Source: Octopus sinensis
Lineage: Eukaryota
Direction of reading: 5' to 3'
NCBI RefSeq assembly: GCF_006345805.1
Contig: NC_043003.1
Coordinates: 112,034,001 to 112,098,000 of the forward strand
Length of the DNA: 64,000 nt
This document shows, piece by piece, positions 40,397-52,131 of this stretch. The translations under genes were made by a program, and so were the position numbers. Positions within the stretch are counted from its first letter, which is position 1; the number at the start of each line of letters is the position of its first letter. Below the pieces are notes generated by a model. It was not told the origin of the DNA, did no database searches, and saw nothing but the letters and a program-made list of their open reading frames with translations.

Positions 40397-41517
40397 GCAT
40401 ACTACATACATACGAACATACTATGTGTAGGTGTATATGTGCACACGTCTCTGTATTGCTGACAGAAGTAGAAATGAATGACAAATATTTGTGCTTAGGC
40501 TGTCATTAATACTTATTTTGATGAGAAACCCGGAATCTGTTTATATCAATGAGCTTTTGCTCCACAGTGACTGTCAGCTAGAAAACGCTCGATCGACCGA
40601 GTGGATAGAAGCTCTCTGCAGCAATTAAATTCAAAAACTTTCAATTTTGCAGCAACAGCTATCCACCATTAATTTACTTGCTCTCTGATCTGCTGATATT
40701 GGTGACTGAATGCTGGTTTGATATGATAACAGCAAGAAAAGAGTGAAAGTTAAATTATCGCCATTTTGTAAATTTTAACTATCGCAGTCTGCTGTAACCT
40801 ACGGTTCCCTGATGCTTGAAACGCTTCTTGCTGAAATTAATTTAATGAATATCAGAATCCATCAAAAATATTAATGAAGTGCTCAGGAAGTGTAATAATT
40901 AGAACTGAAACCATTACGAAATGAAAAACAAAAATTAACAAATATGTTATTACTAATTTCCTAAAAACTTAGTAAATTATATTTATCATATATTAACCAT
41001 ATCATGCGTCAATGGTCTAATTGAAAACATTTCATTACTGTAGTTAAAGTTGTATAAATTTAATATATTAAAATATTATGTCATATATATATATATATAT
41101 AATTTTATTTGTTAGGGAATAAAAATTCCGGCATAACAAGGGTTCAGATTATTCTGAATGAAGAAATATATATTTTCAGAGATAGTAGGACCATTCATCC
41201 AACCATATAATAGAATTTTAATTTAAATACTTACTGCTTATATCTCGACTACACGTGTTTCTTGAGGTTCATTTCCCGGTTCCTTAACCACGCCGTGTTT
41301 TGCTGGAACCTTTCTTAAAATATAACCCCAATCATCAGGCCTCTATATTACTTTCTAAAAAGTACTAAAAAATATATATATTTTAATTTTTTAAACAAAT
41401 TAGTATGTGTAGATAGGTTCGCCGGACCCTACTGTGCAAGCCATAATTTAAATAACAAATTACAAAAAAATAAAATAAAAATAAAGATGAAAATAAAAAA
41501 TAGGAATAAAAATTAAA

Positions 41518-41603
41518 ATTTACAAAAACTAAGTTCTCACGTAACTTATGTCTATAAATCTATTTATAGACATAAGTTACGTGAGAACATAATTTTTGTA
41601 AAT
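41518..41603. repeat. Near-perfect palindrome, 42-bp arms, 2-nt centre
   Basis: atttacaaaaactaagttctcacgtaacttatgtctataaat-ct-atttatagacataagttacgtgagaacataatttttgtaaat, 2 mismatches. Confidence 0.93.
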
Positions 41604-42134
41604 GATGTTGGTGACATATATCAAAAGTTCCCTTTTAGAACTATATTCCTAAACAAGTATACAACTATATTATCACCCTCAAATTTGAGAAACAAACGCC
41701 CATAATTATTCTTTTAAAATTTCATTGCATCGCATACTAAGAAATTCCTTGAATTGAGCTCTGCCCTTTAAGTTTAATTAGAATATAATTAAAATAAAAA
41801 AGTTTATTATACTTAAATCCAATTTTTTGCCTTACTTATATTTTTTCATGATGTTTTACCTCAAAACATTTTTCATACTAATTTTTGTTGCATGAGACTA
41901 AAACTACGAAATTCCTCATACTTTCGTCTACCATTGAAGTTAAGAAAATATTATTTGCTTTTAAAATAAAATAAAAGATTATTTAGATCTAAAGTTGATG
42001 GAGGTGTTACTTGCTAGAACATTTCATGTGAACATTTTCTACTGGGCCAAATCTTAATTTTTGTTTATGCCACAACATATATATATATATATAGTATATA
42101 TATATATATATATAGATATATATATATATATATA

Positions 42135-42270
42135 GTTAATCCAAACAAGAAAGAACATAAAAGGTTTAACGTTTCGAACGGAGCTCTTCGTCGGAAACAT
42201 AGGAGAAGGAAAGATCCAGATAAGGGAGGACAGAAGAAAAACAAATCGCCAACGGTACACACGAGGTCAC
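42135..42270 (-). mobile_element. Short TA-flanked element carrying a minimal hammerhead-like motif (42164-42198)
   Basis: Minus strand: GTTT-CCGACGA-A-GAGC-TCC-GTTC-GAAA-CG-TT-AAAC. Stems I and II pair; stem III lies in the palindrome AACGTT. Confidence 0.6.
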
Positions 42271-42876
42271 ATATATACACACACACACAAATTTCAACCA
42301 CCCTCCGAAAGCAAACGGGCTTAGATGATCTCTCAGCATACATTGAAGTATTTGGAATCACGCGGAACGGCTTCTGGATTGGCATAATAGCCTCACCTTC
42401 CTCAGCACGCATTACCATGATGAAGGGACCTAACCCATCACGCTGAAGTCTGCGCTGCTTCTGACTCGTTTTGCGATTCATGGCAGCCATCATAGTGCTA
42501 ATTAATGCTTTTTGGAGTCCTGTAATCGCCTATATTATTGATTCTGTTGTCATAATTTTAAAATTATTACAGTAGATACTAATAAAGTGAATGATGTCTC
42601 CGCAAATCATTTTCTCGTGAATTATTTTTCTCGCGAAATATTTGTACCGTATTGAAATTATTTTCACACTGATGGCTGCCATCATTCGGCGCAAAGCTAG
42701 TCAGTTGCGAAGCAGACTGCAGTGTAACGGGTTGGGGTCTCCATCTCAGTACACATACACACACACACGTAGACACACAAACGAACACATACATAGATAC
42801 ATACAACACGCACACATATACATATATAACTCAGCATGCATATATACACTTGTACTTACGTATACATACATACACA

Positions 42877-42934
<58 letters not shown>

Positions 42935-42939
<5 letters not shown>

Positions 42940-43795
42940 AGAAATAAAAGGAAAATACGCACATTTACATGGTTTTAATATATCGACCGATTTCGCTATC
43001 GCTATTCATGGTATTTTGTTTAATTTAGTTGAATATATATTTTTCCTTAAGAAGAAATTTGGTCCATGTTGTTTGTGATGAAATTTACGAGTAAATGACT
43101 TCACAAGTAGACAAATAAAGGGAGGTAATTGGTTGTTATTATTGTTGTTACGGTCATCAGTACGTTGGACAAACGAGTTTGATTTTGAGAAAAAGAATCA
43201 CTCGACATAAGGAGCAAATCCGTTTCCCGCAATACAGACGAATTCCTCTCAGTGAACGCATAGAAAAATGTGCAGGTAACATCAAACCAAATTTCAGAGA
43301 CTTACCTTTCTACCAGTGCAAAGACGCAATCTCTCAAATAGAACGGTTAAATAAAAAAAAAATTTTTCATTGAAAAATAAAAAAAACACGTCTTAATATG
43401 CAAGCATAACCAACTTTTATAGTTTTACATATTCCATTCACGATTACACCACGGGACTTAAATCCCCCACTAAACAGGTTTTTTTAAACCTGTCCCTTTT
43501 CTGTACACATATTTAATCCTCACCCATTACCGAAAGCCGAACAGTTATCTCCCTTACTCAGAGCAATAACAATAATAACAACCAATTACCTCCCTTTATT
43601 TGTCTACTTGTGAAGACATTCACTCGTGAATTTCATCTCAAACAACATGGACCAAATTTCTTCTAAAGAAAAAATATATATTCAAATAAATTAAACAAAA
43701 TATCATGAATAGCGATAGCGAATCCGGTCGATATATTAAAAATTATATTAAAACCATGTAAGTGTGTGTATTTTCCTTTCTTATTTTCTTATATA
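42935..43795. mobile_element. Non-autonomous DNA element with ~210-bp terminal inverted repeats (Mutator/Foldback-like MITE)
   Basis: ~42935-43150 is the reverse complement of ~43560-43795 (e.g. cacaagtagacaaataaagggaggtaattggttg vs caaccaattacctccctttatttgtctacttgtg). The core has no recognisable coding sequence. Confidence 0.88.
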
Positions 43796-43846
43796 CATTA
43801 CAACCCCACACGTGGGGACAATCGAAATTACTCTTTTCTGTTACTA

Positions 43847-43905
<59 letters not shown>

Positions 43906-43989
43906 CGCGTAGGTGAGCATTCGTACACGCCCATCTATTCATGTGTACGTGCGTCTGCTCATATGTATATATATGTGTGTGTGTGTGTA

Positions 43990-44029
<40 letters not shown>

Positions 44030-44257
44030 GTAAATCTTCGAGTATAGTCCGTCCTCGAGTACGATATGCAGGGGACTTTTAGGGGGCTGCACCTCTGAAA
44101 TGCCTAAACCTTGTGTATAATACGCACTCCTTCTCTAACTTGAGTAGTACGTAATTAAGCCAGCAGCGCCTAATCGAACAAACACTTCCTCGCATGCGTA
44201 ATGCAATAATGGTGATGTTTTTAACTGTTATATAAATAGGCAAATATTAATACACAC

Positions 44258-44295
<38 letters not shown>

Positions 44296-44474
44296 TACAT
44301 ATATACATACACGCACGCACACACACACACAGAGACATATATATATATACATAATTCAATTTTGTTTAGGAGCGAGAATTATATAATGGAAAATAATTTT
44401 GGAATATACAGATGTCTGTATCAAAGTAATAAAGTAAATACGCACAAACGCATGCACACACGCATATATATATA

Positions 44475-44550
<76 letters not shown>

Positions 44551-44563
44551 GTATATATATATC

Positions 44564-44602
<39 letters not shown>

Positions 44603-45384
44603 CATACATATATAATGTATATATATATATGTATATATATATATATGTAATATATATATGCATAATATATATATATTTATACATATATACATATACATAC
44701 ATGACACATAAACACACTCATATACATACATAACATATATGTTCAAAGGTTATAAAATTGTTATTAATGTAAGGCAAGGGGTGCAGAGCAATAAATCGAT
44801 GTGTAATGGTTGTATAAAATATTACTGTTAGTTAAGTAAATATTTGGGAAGGAGAGAATTATACTGGTGGAATTAAATTATCAAAAGTTTTATATAAATT
44901 CTAATGTGAGAGACATATCCTAATGTCAAACAGTTATTAATGTTGCCAAGTATGTGTATTCAAAGATTGTCAAAAGGTTACTAAGAATATGTAAATGTGG
45001 TTCTTTATGTGAGGTAATGGGTGCAATAAGAATTCTATATGCAATGGTCATAATCATTATTATTATTATTATTAGTAGTAGTAGTAGTAGTATAATTAAG
45101 TAAAAATTTTGTAGGAAGAGAATTCATTACATTAGCAGAATTAAAGCTCCAAGGGTCTAAACAAGTCCTTCAGTGAAATGCACATGTTGATGTCAAACAG
45201 TAATAATTTTATATATTATATTCTGTTATGCTATATAGCGTCCAATAATACTATATTGTTCCACGTCCTCGCGTTGTTGTGTTTTTTTGCGCTTTCATGT
45301 TGGCTTAACTTTATCTTCTCTCTATATAGAAATATATATATATTATATATATATAATATATATATTATATATATATATACATAT

Positions 45385-45433
<49 letters not shown>

Positions 45434-45550
45434 GTATATATATATATATATATATATACATATATATTATATATATATATATAATATATATATATAATAT
45501 ATACATTTATATATACTATATATAACATTTATATTAACTATATATATACG

Positions 45551-45785
45551 TGGAGGCGCAAGGCCCTAGTGGTTAGCTGCGCGGACTTGCGTGTCGGAGG
45601 ATCGCGGTTTCGATTCCAGACCGGCGTTGTGTGTGTTTATTGAGCGAAAAAAAACACCTAAGCTCCACGAGGCCGGCAGGAGGTTGGTGATCCCTGCTGT
45701 ACTCTTTCACCACTCTAAAGGCGGTGCTCCAGCATGGCACAGTCAAATGACTGAAACAAGTACAAAAAAAAAAAAAAAAAAAAAA
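45551..45785 (+). mobile_element. Full-length tRNA-derived SINE with A-rich tail
   Basis: A box CTAGTGGTTAG, B box GGTTTCGATTCC, body, poly-A; inserted in (TA)n. Confidence 0.88.
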
Positions 45786-45814
45786 CTATATATATATGTA
45801 TATATATATCTAAC

Positions 45815-45873
<59 letters not shown>

Positions 45874-45887
45874 ATATATATTAGTAT

Positions 45888-45984
45888 TTTATAGAAGGAG
45901 CTTCTACAGGACTAGAACTGTTTCATTCAAAAGAAATCATCAGGAATGAAACAGTTCTAGTCCTGTAGAAGCTCCTTCTATAAA
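45888..45984. repeat. Perfect 41-bp inverted repeat with 15-nt spacer; minus strand reads CTGATGA..GAAAC across the centre
   Basis: Arms are exact reverse complements (45888-45928 and 45944-45984). Confidence 0.93.
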
Positions 45985-46059
45985 TAAATTAATTTACTGT
46001 GGTTACCCCGACTCAACCGGGGGGACCTACATATATATATATATATACATACATACATA

Positions 46060-46637
46060 CAATAATGCCTCGATATACGAGTTAATTTATTCCCAGAGAC
46101 CGCTCCTAAAACGAAAACACCGAAAGCAGAGCAATAATTTCCTGTGGTAGTATTGTTATAAATCGTAATTCCTTCCCAGGGAGGTATTTTACTTATGAAA
46201 TATTATAATACTCGTAAATAAATGTCCATAAAACAACAGTAGAATGTAAACAATATGTTACGTAAAGTAAAAAGAATGTCAAGATCATTTACAATAAGCG
46301 ATATTAATATTGTAATCGTTTTCTGAATCACTTTCAATCGCACTAGACTCGCGCACACCATCACTTGTAGACGTGTTCTCCAATTCACAAGCCTCGTAGA
46401 CAGACATCTAAATTTCTTTTTAAAAAACAAATCTAGAGTTATTTGCTTAGAAGAAGCTTCTTTTCGCTCCCCATCAATTTTTCGGTCATACTCAGAAGCA
46501 CTTGGTATAGTTACAGAAAATTTTGAACGTCGTTCAAAATTTGGATCTAGCGCCTAAAAAAATTCAGCTCATAATACAAATGTGAGCTGAAAATAAAAGC
46601 TCGTAAACACGGGTCCTCGTAAAGTGAGGTATTACTG
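46060..46637 (-). mobile_element. Non-autonomous pogo/Tigger-like DNA transposon
   Basis: TIRs CAATAATGCCTCGATATACGAG and CTCGTAAAGTGAGGTATTACTG, TA at the left end, and an internal KQITLDLFFKK transposase-C-terminus-like peptide. Confidence 0.7.
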
Positions 46638-46963
46638 GAGATGCATGAATGTGTGTGTGTGTATGTATGTGTGAAGATGCGTATGTATCTCAGCAATTAC
46701 TCAATGCTTTTTAGAAACGTTCATATTCATTAAATTTCACAAACATTGAAGTCACTCTCAACTATTTCTTTGTATATATTTATATGTACAAGCTTCTACC
46801 TAAACCCCCAATTCTGAAATGTTATTCTCAAGAGATGATTGAACGCGTTAAAAGTCACTTGCGTAATATAAAGTGTAATTTCATTGAACAAATTCTGGCG
46901 GGCCAAACCCCTTAAGAGCACGATCACTTTCGTGTATGTAATGTGTTTTTCTATATATGTATT

Positions 46964-46996
<33 letters not shown>

Positions 46997-47075
46997 TATA
47001 TATATATATATATACTATATATATATATATGTATCTATGTATGTATGTGTATGTATATATATGTGTGTATATATA

Positions 47076-47120
<45 letters not shown>

Positions 47121-47192
47121 ACTTATATATATATTTATATATACTATATATATATATATATATATGTATCTATGTATGTATGTGTATGTATA

Positions 47193-47241
<49 letters not shown>

Positions 47242-48724
47242 GTCTACATACATACATGCATACATACATATTTATTCCATCGTGTTTGCTTTTATCTTTA
47301 AAACAAACACTCTTGCACCGTGTGAGAATAAATATGCATAAAATTTTGTGAAGAAGACAATTTTCAACAGTAAATATTATTATCGCTAGAAGCTAGTAAT
47401 CATAGTTTAAAAATTGAAAATAGTTATCCAAGTGACGTTAACAGCTTACAGTGACCGAAATAGCTTTGGCAGTTGAACTTTACTTTGTGTAATTAGATAG
47501 ATAGCTTATATTGTGCCCAACAACACCCCCTGGAAACAAAATTTTTCTAAAATGGAAATCGGGAAGTAGAAGCCATAACATATCACACCTTGAATGCAGA
47601 AATATATTGAATTACTATACCATTATAGTATAGACGGAAACTTAATCTCTCCACGAGAGGGCGCAGATGACTACTTACATTTGTTGATTTCTTACAAATT
47701 GTAGGAATTATTCGACAGCTAAATTTTATTTAAATGTTACTGTACTCTTAAAAAGCGTATAATATATAATCTAATTCTAAATGTGTAGAGACAGAACATT
47801 TTATATGATTATGTCCAGGACACTACTAAGAATATATCACTTATATCATAATGGAGCTGATACTAAGCAGTAACGGACTATCTTTTAAAGATTTTCGGTT
47901 GAAATTACATGTGTAAAGCGACAGATTGAGCCTTTGAGTAAACACTGTGAGTATTTTAGGCAATTTTATTTTCTACCTATAAACAGTTGGTTTTCTTAAA
48001 CGGCGTATTAGTGTAAGGAGTACAAAATAGTAGAGACTGGCAAGTTATTCAAAGAGAACAGTTATTGAATGGTGATAAACTGAAACGAGCAGAGAGAGGT
48101 GTTTTGCTAGCAATGATAAATGAAGAAAAATTGATGCATGGAAGATAATCGTACACATTAAGGATGTAATGTATAAACGATTGATGATAAATAGAAACAT
48201 CTGAGACATTTCAGTAATTCAAGAGAAGGATATTTGAAGATGAAAAACAAATATCTTACAGATTTATAGTTAAAGTTCTAGAGCATTTTATTGGCAAATG
48301 TATGGGAGAATTGAATTAACTTTGAAAGAATTCTTACATCACAAGAATATTATAAATAGAATTTTCCTGTAATTTCTCATCACTTTATTGTTTATTTTAA
48401 AAGATTTTCTGTAAGAGAAAGATAGCATTTGCACATATCTTGAAAATACAGGAAAATATATTTAATATAGGCAAAGCTTCCAGATAATTTAATGAGTGTC
48501 TATTTAAATATCACGGAGCATTAATATGAGCAAGGTTATATGACAAAATTTACCTGAGATAATGTCGCAAGTTTTCTCCACGTGTATTACCCTGGAGAAG
48601 AGACATTGAAAGCTTTCCCATCCGATGCTTGTGTAATTCCGCCAGTCAGCTGCCTTTGACTGTGACAACACAGGAATGCAAACAAACAAAGCAGTGCATT
48701 CTATTCAATAGCGTTACGAGTGTG

Positions 48725-48768
48725 CTAATTGGAAACCAATAAAAGCGCAATATACGAGGACTATAAAT
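48725..48768 (+). promoter_or_regulatory. Possible core promoter: two opposed CCAAT boxes plus TATAAAT
   Basis: ATTGG (48728-32), CCAAT (48736-40) and TATAAAT (48762-68) in a non-repetitive, GC-richer island. Confidence 0.2.
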
Positions 48769-49395
48769 GGCTGCGCGCCACCATTAGAGGAAACTATCAG
48801 TGGGGTAAATGCAGCTGGAACTGATTAAAGGGAACGATGAAATTCCATGATCGTATTAATATAATTGTGATATATAGAAAAATACATAATATAAATATAA
48901 ATATTTGTTTACAGAAGACGTCTTTGGCGGTAATGAAGCCATTCTTCAATCAAATAAAATGCTATAGAACTGTAAATTATTTTTCGCTTTTGGATTTGGT
49001 TTGCAAGATTCTTTATGTGAGTTCGTGTGTTGAAGCATATTCTGTTGTGTCTGGGGAGAGTCATTTTCTTTTTGTGCCCTATTATTTAACACACTTACCG
49101 CTAAAATTTCCAGTTAATTCTTATTTTTATGTTCTAAAATTTTCGTTGCGTGTTGCAACCTTTTCAATAGCCTTGACTCTCTAAAGTAAATTATTTATTT
49201 TTCCTTCTCAATATTTCTTCTCTTGAATTTCTGAAAAGTCTCAGATGTTTTATTTATCATCAATGGTTTATTATTTACATCCTTAATGTCTACGATTATC
49301 TTCCATGCACCTATTTTTCTTTATTTATCGTTGCTGGCAAAATATATCTCTCTGCTCGTTTCAGTTTATCGCTGATGTTACTGATTTATTTTGAA

Positions 49396-49790
49396 CTAGC
49401 AGTATCGCCCGGCGTTGCTCGGCTTTGTAAGGGAAATAACTATATAAGCATTTTTAGAGATGTAAAGTATAATAGCCATCTCAATATGGCTAACCACAAA
49501 GGGGGGGGGGTTACTGTAGCTTTTTATGTTCTGAGATTTAATAATAAATTTTTAGAGAGTTACTTCCCTTATATCTGCCAAAAATGGATTAAAACTGGGA
49601 AAAATTGATGGTATTTTTTTTTAAATCGTAGACTCATCGTAGACGCGCGCTAATACCCAGAAGGGCTCGATATGAATCACGACTATAAGATACCCGGTTT
49701 TGGTTAAACTGCACCGCAAAATGTGAGAGTAGTTAGGAATCTAAATCGTAGGAGACAGACAGCACACAACCTCACTTTTATATATAAAGA
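49396..49790 (-). mobile_element. Non-autonomous Helitron
   Basis: A|TC...CTAG|T ends and a 3' hairpin; the 3' end is shared with 5251-5620 but the body differs. Confidence 0.8.
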
Positions 49791-50946
49791 TGAGTTATGA
49801 AATGTTGATACCATAAACATTTGGGGAACGTGTTACCAAAATAGCAAATTTGAATTTGATACTGTACATATTAGATTCTTATTTAGTTTAGATATAAGAA
49901 ATTAAGTAGCATAGATACGTAGAAATGCTAAATTCTGGAAAACTTTCTCTTGGATTCATCACCATTCATATAGAGAACAAATCTCTGGACAAGGATGTGT
50001 ATATAAATCAAACAATTCTTGCACGTTCATAAAACAAATGTGTATTCTTCACTAACTTAAAATTATTTTCAATATTAAGCAATGTCATATACACTACATC
50101 TGAAGATGTGGAGTACATCATTATGCTTGGTTCTGACATTGCTGGATTTTGAAATCTTGTACTGGTACGTTTCCTTTAATTTATTTAACAATAATATCAT
50201 ATATAATAACAATAGTTTTCATAACAGCTACTTTCTATATTTTAAGTGTTTATTAAATTCCCTATAATACCTATCGAATTAAACTAAAGTATATAGAAAT
50301 CTACAAATATCTATTGAAATTTACTAATTCCTGAGAGATTTATAGGATATCACTCTTACGAAAATTAGGTCTCACAGAGAGTTTTTGCAACAAGCAAAAC
50401 TTAGTAGTGCCGTATTTGTTTTCTATCCTAATAGAAAATTTAAAAAAAAACGAAAATAATTATTTTTATTTGTTTATTCAGTAGCAGTGCTCATTATTCT
50501 TGTTTTATTAAAAGTGTGGCGGAAAAATATCATTTGAAATATGATACATTGCCACACACACAATAAAATAAAAAATGTGGTTATCAATCGCTCCATTTTG
50601 CTTTTAAACATTACGCTTTGTGTTTTCAATCTATCTATGCATATTATAATAACCATGTCTTAAAAAATTAATTTTTTTTAATATTCTCCACCGCGATCGC
50701 AATCTACCTATATATAACACCCATGTCATATTTGTACCGTATTCTAATTTTCTTCTGGGCGCTTGTGTTCAAACTGATCCTGTGTCAGAATAGGAGTCAA
50801 TCAATAATATGTATGGGAACATAGAGAGCCATGAAGTGGGAGAACAGTAAGCAAAAGTAAAACGTTTTGCATATTTAATCGTCTGCTTTTCATGGGTCTG
50901 TATATTTTTCGACATCTAATTTGACATTCATCTAAGACATAGAATG

Positions 50947-52131
50947 CGAGGTGGTATCAAAAGTTTCCCAAACTAGTTATGTTTAATAAAAATAAGTTAC
51001 TTACCTAGGTTTTTAGCACCATCTCGTTCTAAAAAGTCATCTTGCGCAGCAATACATCGGTCCAGGGTTCTTGACACTTTTGGAATCCGGCCTAGACGTC
51101 GTTTCCCGTAAGCTAGTCGAGGACCTACTGCGATTCAATTTGGATATAAAAAACGGTTTTAACATTGCAAAAAATGAGCTGCCTTTTCATCTTGGGAAAG
51201 AGCTGGAAGTCCGAAGGAGTTAAATCTAGCGAATAGGACAGGTGCGGTAGCGATACTAAGTTGCGTTTGGTGAGAAACCCACGAGTGAGGAGAGCTTGGT
51301 GATATGGTGCATTATCGTCTGACACTGGGGGAGAATCCTCGATGTACAATACAGCGGATCTCGAAAAAGAACCTTGAGTATGCATTTTATTGAGCTGTGG
51401 CTCAACCACATGAATGAAGGGCTTGTGCATTGTAACAACTGCTGCTTCGTCTCAGTGTCCTACCCTTACATGTAAATCTCGTCAACAGTAATGGCCCTCT
51501 ACACGATGTATGACGGATATATTAACAGATTTCGACGCAATGTTATTTCTGCTCAGTAGTCAGCAAGCGGGTGACAAACACGGCAGAGACACACCACATG
51601 TTCAGTTCTGTCGTTAGGATTGCTTACATGGCCCAATACGACAGACCATCAACATCAGTAATCTCGCTGATTGTCCTCCGACCTTCCTCATGCACAAGCT
51701 GAGGAATTCGCTCTACACTTCGTGGCAGGTCTTCCAGATCGCTGATCGTCTTCCAGGTATGTTCTTCCGATTTTGAAGAGATTCTAAAGAGCCTGTACCA
51801 CTCGAAACATTTCAAACGTCTCATTGCCTCATCTCAGGTAACTTGTCGAGGCGTACTCAATGACTCTGTCGAATATTTCCCAAGTTTAACGCAAAATTCC
51901 ACGTTGGCTGTTTGTTCCTTCTTCCTGACCATGACAAAATCTCAGGCTACAGCATACACGTGATCCCAGAAACACAAATTTCACAGTGTGCAAAGTAAAC
52001 ACAGCGGTGTCACTTGGCACACCGCTTCATGAAGGTCATTGGTAATTCTCATTGCGCATGCAACCGTGTGTGCCATTTGTTGGTGCAACCGCATTACAGA
52101 AGTAGTCCGGGAACCCTTTGATACCACCTCG
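50947..52131 (-). mobile_element. mariner transposon with both TIRs and a decayed, internally deleted transposase
   Basis: TIRs CGAGGTGGTATCAAAAGTTTCCCAAACTA and TAGTCCGGGAACCCTTTGATACCACCTCG, TA on the right. Peptides CFEWYRLF, RRTISEI, DDNAPYH, LPHLSYSLDLTPSDFQLFPKMK (cf. YSPDLAPxDFxLF). Confidence 0.92.
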
